From Verrucomicrobiota bacterium (GTDB lineage: Bacteria; Verrucomicrobiota; Verrucomicrobiia; Limisphaerales; SIBE01), in contig JACPRI010000068.1 of the NCBI GenBank assembly GCA_016190065.1, positions 1 through 51,838 of the forward strand: 51,838 nucleotides of DNA. Direction: 5' to 3'. Both the position numbers and the translations under genes were made by a program. Position 1 is the stretch's first letter. The number at the start of each line of letters is the position of its first letter. The notes under the pieces were generated by a model. That model made no database searches, was not told the origin of the DNA, and saw nothing but the letters and a program-made list of their open reading frames with translations. Positions 17,884 through 25,453 of the stretch are shown here, in pieces.

Positions 17884-19518
17884 TCATTCGGATTTCGTCA
17901 TTCGTCCTTGCCTCGGGCGTTGCGCATTGCGGTGGCTGTAGGCGAAATAGATCACCATTCCAGCCGCGAGCCACACGATGAAGCGAACCCAGGCTTCCTT
18001 GGGCAGGGCGATCATCAGGTAGCCGCAACTCAGGATGGCTCCCAACGGTACCCACGGAACCCACGGTGTGCGAAAGGGCCGCGCACGATTGGGATCGACT
18101 CGGCGTAAAACAATGATTCCCACCGCGACGAGAACGAACGCGAAAAGTGTCCCAATGCTGCACACGTCGGCCATCTCGTTGATGTTGGCCACGGCTGAAA
18201 GTCCCGCCACGAAGACGCCGGTCAGAATCGTCGGGACGTGCGGCGTTCGATATCGCGGATGCACGCGGGCAGCCCAGGCGGGAAGCAAGCCGTCCCGGGC
18301 CATGGAAAAGAAAATGCGCGGCTGGCCCAACTGATAAACCAGCAACACGGAGGTCGTCGCGAATACCGCGCCCAAGGAAATCAGGCCCGCTGTCCAGTTC
18401 ATGCCGCGTTCGGAGAATGCCTTGGCGAGCGGATCCGCTGCCCCCGTGAATTCCTTCCAAGGCAGCATGCCGGTCAGAACCAGGGCGGCGGCGACGTAAA
18501 TGACCGTGCACACGATCAGGCTGGCGATGATGCCGATGGGCAGATTGCGCTGCGGGTCGCGGGTCTCCTCGGCCGCCGTCGAAACCGCGTCGAATCCGAT
18601 GTACGCGAAAAAAATCACACCGGCGGCGCTGGAGATGCCCTGAAATCCATTTGGAGAAAACGGGCTCCAGTTTTCCGGACGGATGTAGAAAGTCCCGACC
18701 CCGATAAACAGTCCCACCACCGCCAGTTTCAACACCACCATAGCCGTGTTGAAGGTGGAACTTTCGCGGATGCCGCGCACCAGAATCCAGGTGAGCAGCG
18801 CAGTAATCAATACTGCCGGCAGGTTGAAAATGATCGGAACGCCGGCGAGGCGCGGCGCTTCCTTCAACGCGCGCGCGGCCCTCAGGACGGATTCACCCAG
18901 CGCGCTTACGTCCGCGTTGCTCGCGGTTGCTTCGGCGGCGGCTTTGGAGGCGCTCAAGGCCGTGCGATAATCCACCCCCAGCCAGGCAGGCCAATCCACC
19001 TGGAGTCCGCGCAACAGAGTTTGGAAATATTCCGACCAGGAAATCGCGACGGCCACGTTGCCCACGGCGTATTCGAGAATCAGATCCCAACCGATGATCC
19101 ACGCCATGAACTGGCCGAGCGTCGCGTAAGTGTAGGTGTAAGCCGATCCGGACACCGGCACCATCGAAGCGAACTCAGCATAACACAAGGCCGCGAAACT
19201 GCAGGCGATGGCCACCAGCACAAACGAAAGCACCAGCGCGGGTCCCGCGCCGATGTGCCCGCTTCCTCCTGCGGCCGCCGTTCCGACGGTCGAGAACAAT
19301 CCTGCGCCAATGATCGCGCCGATACCGAGGAACGTCAGTTGGATTGGGCCGAGCGCGCGTTTGAGCTGTTGCTCTGGCCGCACCGCCTCGGCATTCAGCT
19401 CGTCGAGCGATTTGACGCGGAAGAGAGATGATCTGGGATCGTTAGTTGCTCGATTCAACTTCGGCGCGGCGGGCACGGGCGGATGTTGCCCCAGGGCGAT
19501 TGCCAATTGCAAGTCCAC
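17884..19518 (-). CDS. APC-superfamily amino acid permease (cationic amino acid transporter-like)
   Basis: 544 aa, multi-TM, signature LTFLGIGAIIGAGLF...CYAEFASMVPVSGSAYTYTYATLG. Confidence 0.88.
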   Translation of the reverse strand: MDLQLAIALGQHPPVPAAPKLNRATNDPRSSLFRVKSLDELNAEAVRPEQQLKRALGPIQLTFLGIGAIIGAGLFSTVGTAAAGGSGHIGAGPALVLSFVLVAIACSFAALCYAEFASMVPVSGSAYTYTYATLGQFMAWIIGWDLILEYAVGNVAVAISWSEYFQTLLRGLQVDWPAWLGVDYRTALSASKAAAEATASNADVSALGESVLRAARALKEAPRLAGVPIIFNLPAVLITALLTWILVRGIRESSTFNTAMVVLKLAVVGLFIGVGTFYIRPENWSPFSPNGFQGISSAAGVIFFAYIGFDAVSTAAEETRDPQRNLPIGIIASLIVCTVIYVAAALVLTGMLPWKEFTGAADPLAKAFSERGMNWTAGLISLGAVFATTSVLLVYQLGQPRIFFSMARDGLLPAWAARVHPRYRTPHVPTILTGVFVAGLSAVANINEMADVCSIGTLFAFVLVAVGIIVLRRVDPNRARPFRTPWVPWVPLGAILSCGYLMIALPKEAWVRFIVWLAAGMVIYFAYSHRNAQRPRQGRMTKSE

Positions 19519-19538
19519 TTGCCGCCAGAGAGGCGCTA

Positions 19539-19571
19539 CTCTCTCTCCTCCGACGCAGGAGGAAGAGAGGG
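19539..19571. repeat. CT/GA-rich hairpin repeat (same family as 49837-49870)
   Basis: ctctctctcctccgacgcaggaggaagagaggg. Its reverse complement shares the core tcctcctgcgtcggaRgagag with 49837-49870. It is intergenic. Confidence 0.5.
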
Positions 19572-19578
19572 TCGGATC

Positions 19579-20694
19579 TCAGTTCGAAGCTTTCTTCAGC
19601 GTCGCCAGATACTCGACCAGATCGACCAGATCCTGAATCGACATCGCTTGCTGCAGCCCCGAGGGCATGATCGACGTGCTCATTTTATCGCGCCTGGCGA
19701 TTTGGCTCGTTTTGTACCGCGTGACGATTCCGGTCTGAGCTTTGACCGCGAGTTCGTCATTCGTTTCACTGACGACAAGGCCGATGGCTTCGTCGCCGTC
19801 TTGGAGTTGAATTTGCCAGCCTTCGTAGCCAAAGGAGATTCCCGCGCTGGGATCGAGAATGGCCTCATACAACGCTTCCTTCGCCAGCTTCGCTCCAATC
19901 TCCGAGAGCTTCGGGCCGAAATCGATGCCCACGCCGTTGACCTGGTGGCAATTGATACACGCGACCTCCGCGCTCACGAACACTTCCGCGCCGCGTTTGG
20001 GATTCCCCTTCATCCGGGAAAGCTCGCCAAGAGGCGGCAACGGTTGGGCGTTCTGGCCTTGAGGCAAGGGCAAGACCTGGGCTGCTTCCGCTTTGACGTT
20101 CGGCCAGCGGCTACGATTGAGCTCGGTCGACGCGGTGAGCTTGAGGTCGGGACCCAGTTTCTCCCCTTTCGCCAGCTTGAGGAGAAGCGAGGCGCCTTCC
20201 TGCGATTGCGCGAGGGATTGAACGGCTCGCTTGCGCAACGCCGGTTCGCGGGCGGAATCGGCCAGCAACGGTTCCAGCAACGGCACGCCCTGCATTCCAC
20301 TCACATGCCCGCAGGCTTCGGCCAGCTTGATCGCGGCGGCGGTATTGGTGCCGCTCAGCGTGCTGCGGACCAGATCAACGCCGCGGTCTTCAAGAATCAA
20401 CCGCACGGCGTCGGCGCACGCGCTGGCATCGGATGAACTAAGAACGAAGTCGAGCAAGCCGCGGCTCTGGTCCTTGACCTGAAATTTGCGAACCAGTTCG
20501 ACGAATCTTGCTGTCCCGCGCGTGGCCTCCAACACTTTCAGAAGCGCGTCCTTCAGCTTTGGGTTCGCGTGGACTTGCTGTGGCTCCAGCCGGCTCAACG
20601 CTTCGATCATGAGGTTGATTCGATCCTGATCTACCGGCTGGCCGATGACGAAGGCAAGGCTCAGCCAGAGCAAAGAAATCGAGCTGAGTTTCAT
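19579..20694 (-). CDS. HEAT-repeat protein with a C-terminal Pirellula/Verrucomicrobium-type CxxCH heme-binding domain
   Basis: Signal peptide MKLSSISLLWLSLAFVIG, heme motif CINCHQVNG, and a C-terminal block (SIMPSGLQQAMSIQDLVDLVEYLATL) typical of PVC heme-binding domains. Confidence 0.8.
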   Translation of the reverse strand: MKLSSISLLWLSLAFVIGQPVDQDRINLMIEALSRLEPQQVHANPKLKDALLKVLEATRGTARFVELVRKFQVKDQSRGLLDFVLSSSDASACADAVRLILEDRGVDLVRSTLSGTNTAAAIKLAEACGHVSGMQGVPLLEPLLADSAREPALRKRAVQSLAQSQEGASLLLKLAKGEKLGPDLKLTASTELNRSRWPNVKAEAAQVLPLPQGQNAQPLPPLGELSRMKGNPKRGAEVFVSAEVACINCHQVNGVGIDFGPKLSEIGAKLAKEALYEAILDPSAGISFGYEGWQIQLQDGDEAIGLVVSETNDELAVKAQTGIVTRYKTSQIARRDKMSTSIMPSGLQQAMSIQDLVDLVEYLATLKKASN

Positions 20695-20763
20695 TCAGAT
20701 TTGGCCGAGGTGGGGCGAGGAGATTTGTTGCTCACTCGGACTGAACAGGCCTCGAACTGCAAA

Positions 20764-22911
20764 TCACTTCAGCGAACTCACCGCCAGTTCCGCGAGCGCG
20801 GCGTCTTTCTCGGGAGACTTGGGCAGGAAATCCATGGAGCGCATGTAGCGAGACTTCTCGTCGGCAACCGTCTTGGAGTCCGTGAGAATCTTCACCAACA
20901 GTCCCGGGGTCTTCGAACTGCGCGAGCGCCAGATGATGTCGCGGCCGGCCGGCGTGTTCCATTCGTTGCCGGCCTGAGCCAGCCAGGCGTCGAGGTAAGC
21001 ATCCCATTGCTGGTCCGCGCCGATGCCGAGCGCTTCGAGATACCAGCGATCCTTGCCGTCGTGCTGCGCGGCGAACTGCGCCCAGAGTTTGGGAGCTTCG
21101 GCCGATTTGCTGTGCCGCAGCGCAATGGCCGATTCGCGGCGCACTTGCGGAGAAGGATCTTTGACCAGGCCTTTCAGGTAAGGAATCGCGTCCAGCTTGA
21201 GTGACCGGGCAATGCGGAGGGCGGTGATTCGAACGTCAGGACTGGAATCCTTCAAACCAAGATCGATGTACTTTTTCTCACTCCCCTTGATGCGCGCGAG
21301 CAAGTGAAGCGCGCGCGCGCGGTAAAACGCCACCCGGCTCCGCCAGAGCTTCAGCAAATCCCTCTCCGCCGCGCCTTGCAGTTCGTGGAGTTTCGTCCAG
21401 GCCAGATAACGAATGGCGTGGTTGGGCGATTGCAGCGCGCCGACGCAGCTATTCGCGTCGTTGAAGTCGAAGGGCGAGACGTTTGCTTCGTGCCCTTTGG
21501 GAGCCACGCGATACACTCGTCCGGTCATGGTCTCGAGCTTTTGATCCACCATGTGATGGCCGCCCACGCCGGCATCGTTCCAATCCGCCACGTAGAGAGA
21601 ACCATCCGGCGCGACGCAGACATCCGCCGGACGAAACCACGTGTCTTCGCTGCTCAGGATATCGACGATCCCGGCCTTATAGCCCGCGCCATCGGTCTGC
21701 AGTGTGTAAGCCCGCACCACGCGCGGGCCGGCGTCGCAGTGAATGATTTGATTGCGGAACACCTGGGGCAGGAGCGCGCCTTCGTAAAACGCGATCCCGG
21801 TCGGGGAGCCGTTGCCGGTTTGAAGAAGGTTCGGGACAACGCCCGGGTCATGTTGGTACCAATGGTAAACAGGACGTTCATCTTCGTTGGCCCCCTTGGC
21901 CTGGGCCTGCTTCCACATCACTCCCCAGCCCGCGCCCGTCATTTCATCGGTGTAACCGTAGTTGCCGTATTCCATCACGAAATTGATGCGGACACCGCGA
22001 TTGCCATCGTCGTCGTTGTCGGATTGCCAGAGGTTGCCGAAGGCATCGACCGCAACTTCGTAGTTATTGCGGAAATTGTGGCCGAGCACTTCAAACTCGC
22101 TGCCGTCCATGTTGCACCGGAAGACGAGTCCTTGCCGATACGGCTTGCCGCTCGTGACGACTTCATTCCCTTCGACGTCAATGACCGGCGAACTGTCCGG
22201 GCGTTTGATTCGTTGACCGGAGTTGCCCATGTTGAAGTAAAGCTTGCCGTCCGGCCCGAAGACGAAGGCATGGACGCCATGGTCGTGATCCACGCCCTGG
22301 ATGCCGGTGAACAGGACTTCCTTCTTGTCGGCTTTAGCGTCGCCATCGACGTCCGTGAAAACAAAAACATTCGGCGAACACGAGACGATGACCTTGTTGC
22401 CGAGCACGCAAATCCCGAGCGCGGTGTTGATGTCGTGGCCCTGGTAAAAGGTTGTTTCTTTGTCTGCCATCCCGTCGTGATCGGTGTCTTCCAGGATCAC
22501 GATCCGGTCGCCTTCGGGGCGCAGCTTGCCCCATTTTTGAAACGAGGACCGGTAATTCGCGCCTTCGGTGATCCAGATGCGCCCGCGCGCGTCGATGTCC
22601 ATGTCGGCGGGATTGCGCACCATCGGTTCGCAGGCGAAGAGCGTGGCTTCGAGGCCGTCGGCGACTTTCAACGATTTGAGCTGTTCGCGGGCGGCTTCGA
22701 GGCCGGAACGATTCGAGTCCTCGGCGGCGAGAAGAGTTGGAACCACGAAAAACACGAACCACACGAAAAGGAAAGAGGATGGCAGGAACTCCAGGCGCGG
22801 CCGTTCTACGAGGAATCTGGTTCGCGAGCTGGCCTTTGCCTTCGTGAATTTGGTGCGTTTCGTGGTTTGAACCCCTAGATTCTTAGGCAACAACAAGGCG
22901 CGATGTTTCAT
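20764..22911 (-). CDS. PVC-type putative membrane-bound dehydrogenase domain protein with C-terminal HEAT repeats
   Basis: Contains LKVADGLEATLFACEPMVRNPADMDIDARGRIWITEG...ILEDTDHDGMADK...DVDGDAKADKKEVLFTG...GPDGKLYFNMGNSG (Piru_Ver_Nterm-like beta-propeller), followed by HEAT-like repeats. Confidence 0.82.
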   Translation of the reverse strand: MKHRALLLPKNLGVQTTKRTKFTKAKASSRTRFLVERPRLEFLPSSFLFVWFVFFVVPTLLAAEDSNRSGLEAAREQLKSLKVADGLEATLFACEPMVRNPADMDIDARGRIWITEGANYRSSFQKWGKLRPEGDRIVILEDTDHDGMADKETTFYQGHDINTALGICVLGNKVIVSCSPNVFVFTDVDGDAKADKKEVLFTGIQGVDHDHGVHAFVFGPDGKLYFNMGNSGQRIKRPDSSPVIDVEGNEVVTSGKPYRQGLVFRCNMDGSEFEVLGHNFRNNYEVAVDAFGNLWQSDNDDDGNRGVRINFVMEYGNYGYTDEMTGAGWGVMWKQAQAKGANEDERPVYHWYQHDPGVVPNLLQTGNGSPTGIAFYEGALLPQVFRNQIIHCDAGPRVVRAYTLQTDGAGYKAGIVDILSSEDTWFRPADVCVAPDGSLYVADWNDAGVGGHHMVDQKLETMTGRVYRVAPKGHEANVSPFDFNDANSCVGALQSPNHAIRYLAWTKLHELQGAAERDLLKLWRSRVAFYRARALHLLARIKGSEKKYIDLGLKDSSPDVRITALRIARSLKLDAIPYLKGLVKDPSPQVRRESAIALRHSKSAEAPKLWAQFAAQHDGKDRWYLEALGIGADQQWDAYLDAWLAQAGNEWNTPAGRDIIWRSRSSKTPGLLVKILTDSKTVADEKSRYMRSMDFLPKSPEKDAALAELAVSSLK

Positions 22912-22949
22912 AAATTAGTCAAAGGATCGGAGCGGTGCGGGCGAAAACG

Positions 22950-23211
22950 ATATCAGGGCACATTCGGCGACGCTCGCGTTCAATGTGGGGACTCTTGTAA
23001 CGCATCGGCTCGGCCGTGGCAAGTTTCGGCCGGGAGTGGTAATGTCCAGATCGACCTGGGACAATTCGGCCTGATCACAGTGGAAGTCCATCGAATCGGA
23101 CTGTTGTCACGTTGAGAGGATCAACACCGCTCCACAAAGCTGGTGAAGCAACGTGATCTGGCCGATGTGGAACAGTGATGTGAGGACCGACGTGTCGCTG
23201 ACGACGATCAT
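22950..23211 (-). pseudogene. Decayed DUF3368/PIN-like toxin partner of the UPF0175 antitoxin
   Basis: The ATG overlaps the antitoxin stop (ATGA at 23208-23211). It reads MIVVSDTSVLTSLFHIGQITLLHQLCGAVLILST then stops after 34 codons. The N-terminus fits the DUF3368 pattern (VVSDTSPLIxL..IG.L.LL). The remainder is unreadable in any single frame. Confidence 0.35.
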
Positions 23212-23459
23212 GCGGATCGCAATGACGCCAGCGTGCGCAGGTCAGCCCGCAAACCCTCAACGTCGTAGTGGATCGGAATGCCGCGACGGCCGAGTTCGCG
23301 CTGAAAGTCCGACTGCGTCATCTTGGCGATCTCCGCGGCTCGGCCCAAAGTGATTGGCCGCATGTTGAATTTGACTGGAAGGACGCCGCACGAACGGCCT
23401 GCGAGTTGGCTCGGCAATACTCGCTGCAAATGCCGGTCCGCGCCATGGGCCTGTTTCAT
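23208..23459 (-). CDS. UPF0175-family antitoxin-like protein
   Basis: The C-terminal block ITLGRAAEIAKMTQSDFQRELGRRGIPIHYDVEGLRADL matches the UPF0175 pattern (SLGKAAELAGMS..EF...L...GIP..Y..EDLE.DL). The start is uncertain (Met at 23459 or 23363). Confidence 0.5.
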   Translation of the reverse strand: MKQAHGADRHLQRVLPSQLAGRSCGVLPVKFNMRPITLGRAAEIAKMTQSDFQRELGRRGIPIHYDVEGLRADLRTLASLRSA

Positions 23460-23550
23460 GTGGCCATTGCCGTTCAGGTGTCGGCGGACGGCTTTGGATG
23501 GCCCAAAAACATGGATTGGCAACCTGCTTGGCCATGGTACGTTATGCTCG

Positions 23551-23787
23551 ATGAGCACGTTGACCCTCAACTTAGATGACGACGACGCCCGTTTGGTGGC
23601 GCAAGCGGCTCAAGCCGCGAACCAGCCGTTGGAGCAATGGCTGCGCGAAAACATCTGCCGAGCCGCCGAGCGCGCCGTGAGCCATGCAGAAACAGTGGCC
23701 ACCCGCGTTTCCCCGCTGCATCCGGGCGCCATGAAGCCGGCGCCCGACTTCAATGCCCCGCTCGAGGAATTTGCCCCCTACGTCTGA
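23551..23787 (+). CDS. vapB: Type II antitoxin (VapB-like partner of the downstream PIN toxin)
   Basis: 78 aa (MSTLTLNLDDDDARLVAQAAQAANQPLEQWLRENI...). It ends 6 nt before the PIN gene. The start is set at an internal Met of ORF 23323..23787. Confidence 0.6.
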   Translation: MSTLTLNLDDDDARLVAQAAQAANQPLEQWLRENICRAAERAVSHAETVATRVSPLHPGAMKPAPDFNAPLEEFAPYV

Positions 23788-23793
23788 CCGCGC

Positions 23794-24180
23794 ATGGAGT
23801 TGCTTCTCGACACCTGCGCCTTCATCTGGTGGGACAGCGTGAGCAGGAATCTGAGTGCGGTGGCGGCATCGGCGCTGCATGATCCCGCCAACCGTTTACA
23901 TCTCAGTCACGCGTCACTCTGGGAAATGCAGATTAAACATCAGAAAGGCAAACTCCGGTTGGAGAAGCCGCTCGCGGAGATCGTCCAGGAACAGTGCGTT
24001 CGGAACGGGTTGCTCTTGCTTCCCATTGAACCTCGCGACATTTACGGCTTGGACCAACTTCCCTTCCACCATGCCGACCCGTTTGACCGCTTAATCATCT
24101 CTCAGGCCAGGATACGTGGCTTCCGAGTGGTGACTGATGACGTCGAATTTGCACGTTACGGCGCGCCGCTTCTTTGGTGA
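23794..24180 (+). CDS. vapC: PIN-domain toxin (VapC family)
   Basis: 128 aa with LLDTCAFIWW (first acidic residue), SLWEMQIK, HHADPFDRLIISQA and VVTDD, the conserved PIN acidic quartet pattern. Confidence 0.85.
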   Translation: MELLLDTCAFIWWDSVSRNLSAVAASALHDPANRLHLSHASLWEMQIKHQKGKLRLEKPLAEIVQEQCVRNGLLLLPIEPRDIYGLDQLPFHHADPFDRLIISQARIRGFRVVTDDVEFARYGAPLLW

Positions 24181-24240
24181 GCTTCGCCCAGGGAATGCAA
24201 CGACCAGAAAGCCGACTTGCTGCGGAGTGCAGTATCCGCT

Positions 24241-24332
24241 TCAATCCCCACTGTTCCGAAAGAAGACGTATGCAGACCAAACCAACAACAACGCTCCCGG
24301 CCGCCGTTTTCAAAATCTAAGGTTTCCTTGGT
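24241..24332 (+). repeat. 92-bp direct repeat, copy 1 (upstream of the DUF433/DUF5615 pair)
   Basis: tcaatccccactgttccgaaagaagacgtatgcagaccaaaccaacaacaacgctcccggccgccgttttcaaaatctaaggtttccttgg. It recurs at 25138-25229 with about 4 mismatches. Confidence 0.9.
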
Positions 24333-24406
24333 GGAAAGCCGTAGCTCTTCGCTCCGGAGGAAACCGACCGTTGACAAACTCTCCCACCGCGCGCGATTCT
24401 TCTCCC

Positions 24407-24712
24407 ATGCCGAAAAACTCGCTCAAGCTCCGCGTGTCTGAATTCCAACGCTTGGGACGTCATATCGTCGCCGACCCGCGCATCTGCGGGGGAAGCCCGA
24501 CCTTCGAAGGCAGCCGCGTGATGGTTTGGCAGGTTCTTGACCAAGTGGCCGACGGCATGCCTTGGGAGCAAATCGCCTGGTCATGGCGGGGCAAGGTCAG
24601 CCAGGAGGCCATTGCCGAGGCCGTGCGTTTGGCGGCGGGCGAGTTTAGGTCTCGACGCCATGTTTCTCATCGACGAGAACGTCTCCGAACTCGAAGTCTT
24701 GCGCCTGCGTAA
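24407..24712 (+). CDS. DUF433-domain antitoxin-like protein
   Basis: HIVADPRICGGSPTFEGSRVMVWQVLDQVADGMPWEQIAWSW is the DUF433 pattern. The start is set at an internal Met (MPKNSLKL) of ORF 24137..24712. The 3' end overlaps the next gene by 53 nt. Confidence 0.75.
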   Translation: MPKNSLKLRVSEFQRLGRHIVADPRICGGSPTFEGSRVMVWQVLDQVADGMPWEQIAWSWRGKVSQEAIAEAVRLAAGEFRSRRHVSHRRERLRTRSLAPA

Positions 24713-25052
24713 GGCGGGCGTCCGTGTCCGTCTCATCGGGAAAGATGTGGCGAACATCGGCGACTTGGACGAAAACCTCATCCCTGTGCTGCTTCGGCTG
24801 AAGCAGCCGGTTTTGTTCACCCAAGACCAGGACTTTTTTCAATTCCGTTGGCTGCACGCCGACTACGCGCTCGTATGGCTGGACACCCGGCCGACTGAGG
24901 TAGCGGAGCATGTGCGGCGCTTCTTGCGTCATCCTCATTTCGACTCTCAGGCCAAACGCATGGGAACGGTCATGCGAGTCCGGGCCAGCGGCATTCAGTA
25001 TTGGCGCATCGGGAATCGGAATTTGCTCCGTGTCGGCTGGGCACCGGCGTAG
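24660..25052 (+). CDS. DUF5615-family PIN-like toxin partner of DUF433
   Basis: MFLIDENVSELEVLRLRKAGVRVRLIGKDV...DENLIPVLLRLKQPVLFTQDQDF fits the Mut7-C/DUF5615-type partner normally found after DUF433 genes. Confidence 0.7.
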   Translation: MFLIDENVSELEVLRLRKAGVRVRLIGKDVANIGDLDENLIPVLLRLKQPVLFTQDQDFFQFRWLHADYALVWLDTRPTEVAEHVRRFLRHPHFDSQAKRMGTVMRVRASGIQYWRIGNRNLLRVGWAPA

Positions 25053-25137
25053 CTGGCATAGCGCGCATCAAATCAGCCTGCTTTCCGGGAAACTTACCGT
25101 TCAGATTCCAGCCTTGCTCATCGAGTCGGCCTCTGTT

Positions 25138-25229
25138 TCAATCCCCACCGTTCCGAAAGAAGACGTATGTAAACCAAACCAACAACAACGCTCCCGGCCG
25201 CCGTTTTCAAAATCTAAGCTTTCCTTGGG
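25138..25229 (+). repeat. 92-bp direct repeat, copy 2 (downstream of the DUF433/DUF5615 pair)
   Basis: Near-identical to 24241-24332; the copies start 897 bp apart. Confidence 0.9.
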
Positions 25230-25390
25230 GAAATCCTGATTATCTTGCGGCGCAGGAGCAAAATGATTTGCGAGCTTCGGCCGCTGTCCATACCGAAACG
25301 AACAATTTCGATCCAAGGACGGCGCTGGAAGCACGCCCGCACTCGGGCGTGCCGAAAGCGTTCCTTGGAAGGCATGTCCGTGCCTGGTAT

Positions 25391-25422
25391 GGGGCGTGAG
25401 TAGTCACGCCCCTTTTCATTTT
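25391..25422 (+). terminator. Intrinsic terminator-like hairpin with U-tract, 31 nt before the lipase-domain gene start
   Basis: ggggcgtga-gtag-tcacgcccc (perfect 9-bp stem) followed by ttttcatttt. A second perfect 9-bp hairpin (gcacgcccg-cact-cgggcgtgc) lies at 25331-25352. Confidence 0.6.
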
Positions 25423-25453
25423 GGACAAGGCAAAGCGCGCAAGGAGACCTCCC

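Noticed and set aside
17791-17907. An inverted repeat (gacgaatgacgaa ... ttcgtcattcgtc) between the two permease genes, considered as a riboswitch or regulatory structure.
   Set aside because: The arms are 13 bp with a ~90-nt spacer, and one arm lies inside the end of the upstream coding sequence. It looks like another tcattcg-type simple repeat. I cannot support a specific RNA family by eye.
24241-25229. The 92-bp repeats as integron attC sites or a tRNA-derived attachment site.
   Set aside because: There is no internal inverted-repeat (R''/L''-L'/R') symmetry and no GTTRRRY core. No integrase is nearby, and there is no tRNA-like T-arm (GGTTCGAATCC-type) sequence.
25421-25453. The upstream ATG at 25421 as the start of the lipase-domain protein.
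   Set aside because: It overlaps the U-tract of the terminator-like hairpin. The Met at 25454 (MKIKSWTDLEVIAASVLAAASV) gives a cleaner signal-peptide start. This is a weak preference only.
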